The translations under genes and the position numbers were made by a program. DNA of 31,017 nucleotides, from IMG/VR virus record IMGVR_UViG_3300021082_000017; one strand, 5' to 3'. Of the stretch, positions 27,635 through 31,017 are shown in pieces (the stretch's first letter is position 1; every line of letters begins with the position of its first letter). The notes under the pieces are model-generated. The model was not told where the DNA came from. It worked only from the letters and a program-made list of their open reading frames with translations, and searched no databases. The stretch comes from a virus.

Positions 27635-29778
27635 ACCCCATCCAACGGGCCTGGCACAGCGCGCTGGCCAGCCTCAAGAAGCTGTCCAGCATGGCCTTCC
27701 CGCAGGCCACCTACCAGTGGTGGTCGGGCGGCTACGGCCGCTCCCGCCTGGACTACCAGAGCGCGGTCGGCGATGGGCGCGGCAGCGCGATCGTCGTCGC
27801 CTGCATCCGCTGGCTCACCCGTGCCTTCCTCGAGGCGCCACTGCGCGTGCGCCGCTACGACGGCGACGATCTGGTGCCCGAGCCTCGCCACCCGCTGTTG
27901 GCCCTGGTGCGCCGCCCCAACCCCTACTACGCCGGCCGCGCCCTGTGGAAGGCCACCCTGGCCGACCGCCTGGTCACCGGCAACGCCTACTGGATCAAGG
28001 TCCGGTCGCAGGCGGGCCGTGTCGTCGAGCTCTGGTGGGCGCCGTCGTGGACGATGGAGCCGAAGTGGGACGAGGACGGGCGCACCTACATCAGCCATTA
28101 CGAGTACAACGTCAGCCGCGGTGACCCCATCCGGCTGGACCCCAGCGAAGTCGTCCACTTCCGCGATCTGCTGGATCCGCACAATCCGCGCAAGGGCATC
28201 AGCCCACTGGCCACGCTCATGCGCGAGATCTTCACCGACGACGAGGCGAGCACGTTCACGGCGGCCCTGCTCACCAACCTGGGCGTGCCCGGCACCATCA
28301 TCAGCGCCGGCGACAGCGACACCGAGATTACCCAGGACCAGGCCACCCAGATGAAGGCCGAGTTCGAGCACAAGTTCTCGGGTGACAACCGTGGGCGGGC
28401 GATGGTGCTGGGCGGCAACGTCAAGGTCAACACCGTCACCTTCACGCCCGAGCAGATGCAACTGACCCAACTGCGGCGCCTGCCCGAGGAGCGGGTGGCG
28501 GCGGTCCTGGGCACCCCAGCCGTGCTGGTCGGCCTCGGCGCTGGCATGGACAAGATGATTTACAACAACTACAGCGAGGCCAGGGAAGCGGCATTCGAGG
28601 AGCACCTCATCCCGCTCGGGCAAGACCTGGCCGAAGAACTGATGCTCCAGCTCGTTCCCGACTTTGAGGACGTGACGAAGGTGGAGCTGGACTTCGACAC
28701 CAGCACCATCCGGGTCTTGCAAGAAGATCAGAACGCGCTGGCGACGCGGCTGGAAGTCATGTTGCGGAGTGGCCAGGTGACGCTGGCCGAGGCGCGGCAA
28801 CGCTGGGCCATGCCGCCCCTGGCCGACGTGCTGGCTGAGCGTGGCTCAGCCGAGCCTGACCCCGGCGACGTGCTGCTGCTGCCGAGTAGCATCAAGCCCA
28901 TGCCGATTGAGGACTTGTTGCTCCCGCCGGCGCCACCTCCCACAATCGCGCCTCTGGTGCCTGTCGTGCCACCAGAGGCCGACGAGGGCGATGCTGAGGA
29001 GGAAGTGCCACCAACCAAGCGCCGGCGCCTCACAGGCCGCAAGGCGTTCAGCCAGCCGGACCAGTGGTTCACGCGGGCGGCCGATGACGTGGCGAGCCTG
29101 ACCGATGACGCGACACCGCCGCTTGAGCGCCTGTTCGCTCGCACCGGTCGCGCCGTCCTGGCCGGCCTGCCCGCCAGTCTGCCCGTCAAGGCGCTGGTCC
29201 TGGCAGGCCACAGCAACGGGCGCAAGGCCGACGAACCCGTGCCGCCCGATCTCGCCAACCTGGTGCCCGGCAGTCACGAGCGCGACCTGACGCGCACGCT
29301 GCGCGACACGCACGAAGCGGCCATAGCGAAGGCGGCTGATAGCGTGGCAGACGGCCTCGGCATCTCATTCCAGTTGCCGTTCGAGGTGACGGATGACGTG
29401 CTGGATGGCCTGGCGACCCGCATTCGCGACATCGCTGACGGAACCCGTGACGACGTGCGGCGCATCGTCCGGCACGCACTGGACCGGGGCGCGACCATCG
29501 ACGATCTGCGTGATGACCTGCGCGGGCTGTTCACCGAAACCTACCGCAACCGCTCACGCACGATTGCTCGCACCGAGAGCGGCACGGCCTACAACGCGGG
29601 CACGATTGCCAGTTACCGCGAGAGCGGCATCGTCACCGGCGTGCTGGTTCATGATGGCGAAGATGACGAGCCCTGTCGCAGTGCGAATGGGTCGACGTGG
29701 ACGCTGGAGCAGGCGCAGGCTGAGCCGCTCGGCCATCCGAATTGCGTCAGGGCATTCAGCCCGGTCGTGGGAGAGTAG
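27631..29778 (+). CDS. Portal protein (HK97 family) fused to a C-terminal Mu F / SPP1 gp7-like head-morphogenesis domain
   Basis: GTG 27631 overlaps the TerL stop (GTGA). The N-terminal ~420 aa are portal-like (RHPLLALVRRPNPYYAGRALWKATLADRLVTGNAYWIKV...). A Pro-rich linker follows. The C-terminal RNRSRTIARTESGTAYNAGT...DDEPCRSANGSTW...LGHPNCVRAFSPV is the Mu F-family signature. Confidence 0.8.
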   Translation: MNPIQRAWHSALASLKKLSSMAFPQATYQWWSGGYGRSRLDYQSAVGDGRGSAIVVACIRWLTRAFLEAPLRVRRYDGDDLVPEPRHPLLALVRRPNPYYAGRALWKATLADRLVTGNAYWIKVRSQAGRVVELWWAPSWTMEPKWDEDGRTYISHYEYNVSRGDPIRLDPSEVVHFRDLLDPHNPRKGISPLATLMREIFTDDEASTFTAALLTNLGVPGTIISAGDSDTEITQDQATQMKAEFEHKFSGDNRGRAMVLGGNVKVNTVTFTPEQMQLTQLRRLPEERVAAVLGTPAVLVGLGAGMDKMIYNNYSEAREAAFEEHLIPLGQDLAEELMLQLVPDFEDVTKVELDFDTSTIRVLQEDQNALATRLEVMLRSGQVTLAEARQRWAMPPLADVLAERGSAEPDPGDVLLLPSSIKPMPIEDLLLPPAPPPTIAPLVPVVPPEADEGDAEEEVPPTKRRRLTGRKAFSQPDQWFTRAADDVASLTDDATPPLERLFARTGRAVLAGLPASLPVKALVLAGHSNGRKADEPVPPDLANLVPGSHERDLTRTLRDTHEAAIAKAADSVADGLGISFQLPFEVTDDVLDGLATRIRDIADGTRDDVRRIVRHALDRGATIDDLRDDLRGLFTETYRNRSRTIARTESGTAYNAGTIASYRESGIVTGVLVHDGEDDEPCRSANGSTWTLEQAQAEPLGHPNCVRAFSPVVGE

Positions 29779-29780
29779 CC

Positions 29781-30593
29781 ATGCTCGAGACCAAGCACAT
29801 TACGACCACCGCCGAGTTCAAGGCCGACGGCCCGACCGGCAGCCTGCGTGCCGTCATCAGCACCTTCGACGTGGTGGACATGGATGGCGATATCGTCGAG
29901 GCGACCGCCTTCACCGATGGCCAGGCGGTGCCGCTCGTCTGGGCGCACGACTGGTCACGCCCGATCGGCAAGGGCAGCATCCGGGTCGAGGCCAAGCGCG
30001 CCGTGTTCGACGGTCAGCTCTTCCTCGACACCGCCGATGGCCTGAACGCCTACAACACGATCAAGGGCATGGCTGAGCTCCAGGAGTATTCCTGGGGCTT
30101 CCGCATCCTCGATGCCGAACCGGTGGTGATGCGGGGCCAGGAGGCCCGGCGCATCACCAAAGCCGAGGTCTTTGAGGCCAGCCCCGTGCTGGTGGGCGCC
30201 GCTGGTCGCGGGCGCACCCGCACGCTGAGCCTGAAGGGCGAGGGGCTGGACTATGACACCCACGCGGCGCAGACGCTCGGCGCCGTGGAAGAGTTCGTCG
30301 AGCGCACGCGGTCGGGGTCCGACCTACGGGTGAAGCGGGGCAGGCCCATCAGCGAGGCGCGACGGGTGCGGATGGCGGCCGTCCGGGACGGACTGCGCGG
30401 CCATGCCGAGGAAGTGGACGCGATGCTGCTGGAAACGGCTGACCCTGAGCCACCCAAGACCTATGTGCCAGATGGCGGGTCGCCTGAGGCCAAACAGGCA
30501 CCGGCACCGAATGCCGAGCTCGTCGCCATCCGCGAGGCGCATGCACGGCGCATGGCCCGCTATGGCGTGGACGAGCACGGCCTCATCCGCTAG
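29781..30593 (+). CDS. Prohead protease (HK97 / S78 family) with C-terminal extension
   Basis: GGGAGAG RBS, ATG 29781. GSLRAVISTFDVVDMDGDIVEATAF...VPLVWAHDWSRPIGKG...GLNAYNTIKGM...YSWGFRI...EVFEASPVLVGA fits the prohead protease pattern. It lies between the portal and capsid genes. Confidence 0.8.
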   Translation: MLETKHITTTAEFKADGPTGSLRAVISTFDVVDMDGDIVEATAFTDGQAVPLVWAHDWSRPIGKGSIRVEAKRAVFDGQLFLDTADGLNAYNTIKGMAELQEYSWGFRILDAEPVVMRGQEARRITKAEVFEASPVLVGAAGRGRTRTLSLKGEGLDYDTHAAQTLGAVEEFVERTRSGSDLRVKRGRPISEARRVRMAAVRDGLRGHAEEVDAMLLETADPEPPKTYVPDGGSPEAKQAPAPNAELVAIREAHARRMARYGVDEHGLIR

Positions 30594-30604
30594 GAGCAAC
30601 CATC

Positions 30605-31017
30605 ATGGCACAGCGTTCATCCCTGGTCGACGTTCGTGAGGAACTGGCCGAGAAGAGCCGCCAGCTCAACGACATCATGCGCGAAGCCGGTCCTGACCTG
30701 GACCTGGCGAAGATCAGCAGCGTCTCTGGCGACAACGAGTACAAGGCCGCCGAGATCAAGCGCCGCCACACCGAGTTGTCCGAGCTCGGCCAGCAGTTGG
30801 ACCAGTTGCAGAACATCGCCACCATCGCCGAGTTGACCAAGATCCGCAGCGACTCGCTCAACGCACCCGTCGCCGGCCTGCCGATGCCAGGTCCAAACGG
30901 CAACGGCAGCACCTACGACCGGCGCCGGCTCGAGCCCAAGCGCCTGCGCGAGTACATCGCCGAGCAGAAGGGCTACAAGGAGTTCAAGGCCGGGCACCGG
31001 TCGACGGTCATGCTCGA
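30605..31017 (+). CDS. Major capsid protein, 5' portion (coiled-coil delta-like N-terminus), continuing at nt 128 after the overlap
   Basis: AGGAGC 30592-30597, ATG 30605. MAQRSSLVDVREELAEKSRQLNDIMREAG...ELSELGQQLDQLQNIATIAEL. There is no stop before the window end, and the frame is continuous with 1-983. Confidence 0.85.
   Translation, partial: MAQRSSLVDVREELAEKSRQLNDIMREAGPDLDLAKISSVSGDNEYKAAEIKRRHTELSELGQQLDQLQNIATIAELTKIRSDSLNAPVAGLPMPGPNGNGSTYDRRRLEPKRLREYIAEQKGYKEFKAGHRSTVML
30891..31017. repeat. Terminal overlap, copy 2 (identical to 1-127)
   Basis: Read directly, 127/127 identical to the window start. Confidence 0.97.

Larger units (their letters stand above)
1..31017. mobile_element. 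Complete temperate tailed-phage genome (closed contig, unique length ~30,890 bp)
   Basis: Full set of packaging, head, tail, lysis, lysogeny (integrase, repressor, Cro-like) and early genes. The window ends overlap exactly by 127 nt. Genes are tightly packed with ATGA/GTGA/TGATG start-stop overlaps. Confidence 0.85.

Overview
This GC-rich window (about two-thirds G+C by eye, third codon positions almost all G/C) is a complete, closed phage genome. Nt 1-127 recur exactly at 30891-31017, so the unique sequence is about 30,890 bp, either circular or terminally redundant. The major capsid gene (ATG 30605) reads through that junction and stops at 983. Plus-strand gene order is as follows. Packaging and head: packaging-type HNH, TerS, GTA/HK97-like TerL, portal fused to a Mu F-like domain, prohead protease, major capsid. 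Neck and tail: an RHH micro-ORF, a decoration-like protein, connector/neck proteins, major tail protein, tail chaperones with a -1 frameshift, tape measure, Dit-like protein, C1q-like tail fibre. Lysis: small membrane/coiled-coil proteins and a two-domain endolysin. An unusual post-lysis block follows: two small proteins, a low-GC HNH homing endonuclease, a LamG-like protein with ten tandem 23-27-aa repeats, an Ig-like protein and a sigma-region-4-like HTH protein, ending at a strong hairpin terminator. The lysogeny module comes next: a minus-strand membrane-anchored protein, an excisionase-type HTH gene, a ~190-bp non-coding putative attP region, then a tyrosine integrase and an XRE-HTH/S24 repressor (both minus strand, overlapping by GTGA). 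A divergent switch with a consensus TTGACA-17-TAATAT promoter drives a Cro-like gene and the early genes: a second excisionase-type HTH, a small membrane protein, a RecT/Red-beta-like annealing protein, a winged-helix protein, a triple Myb/GcrA-like repeat protein and a VRR-NUC nuclease. I saw no rRNA, tRNA or CRISPR array, and no polymerase, helicase or primase. Nothing matches a defence system I recognise. The four places most likely to hide undescribed biology are: (i) the post-lysis LamG/HNH block at 13.6-18.1 kb; (ii) the RHH micro-gene with phased repeats inside the late operon; (iii) the repressor with Cys in place of the S24 nucleophile Ser, translationally coupled to int; (iv) the minus-strand membrane protein beside the putative attP. 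All functional calls come from motif and synteny recognition by eye, not from database searches.
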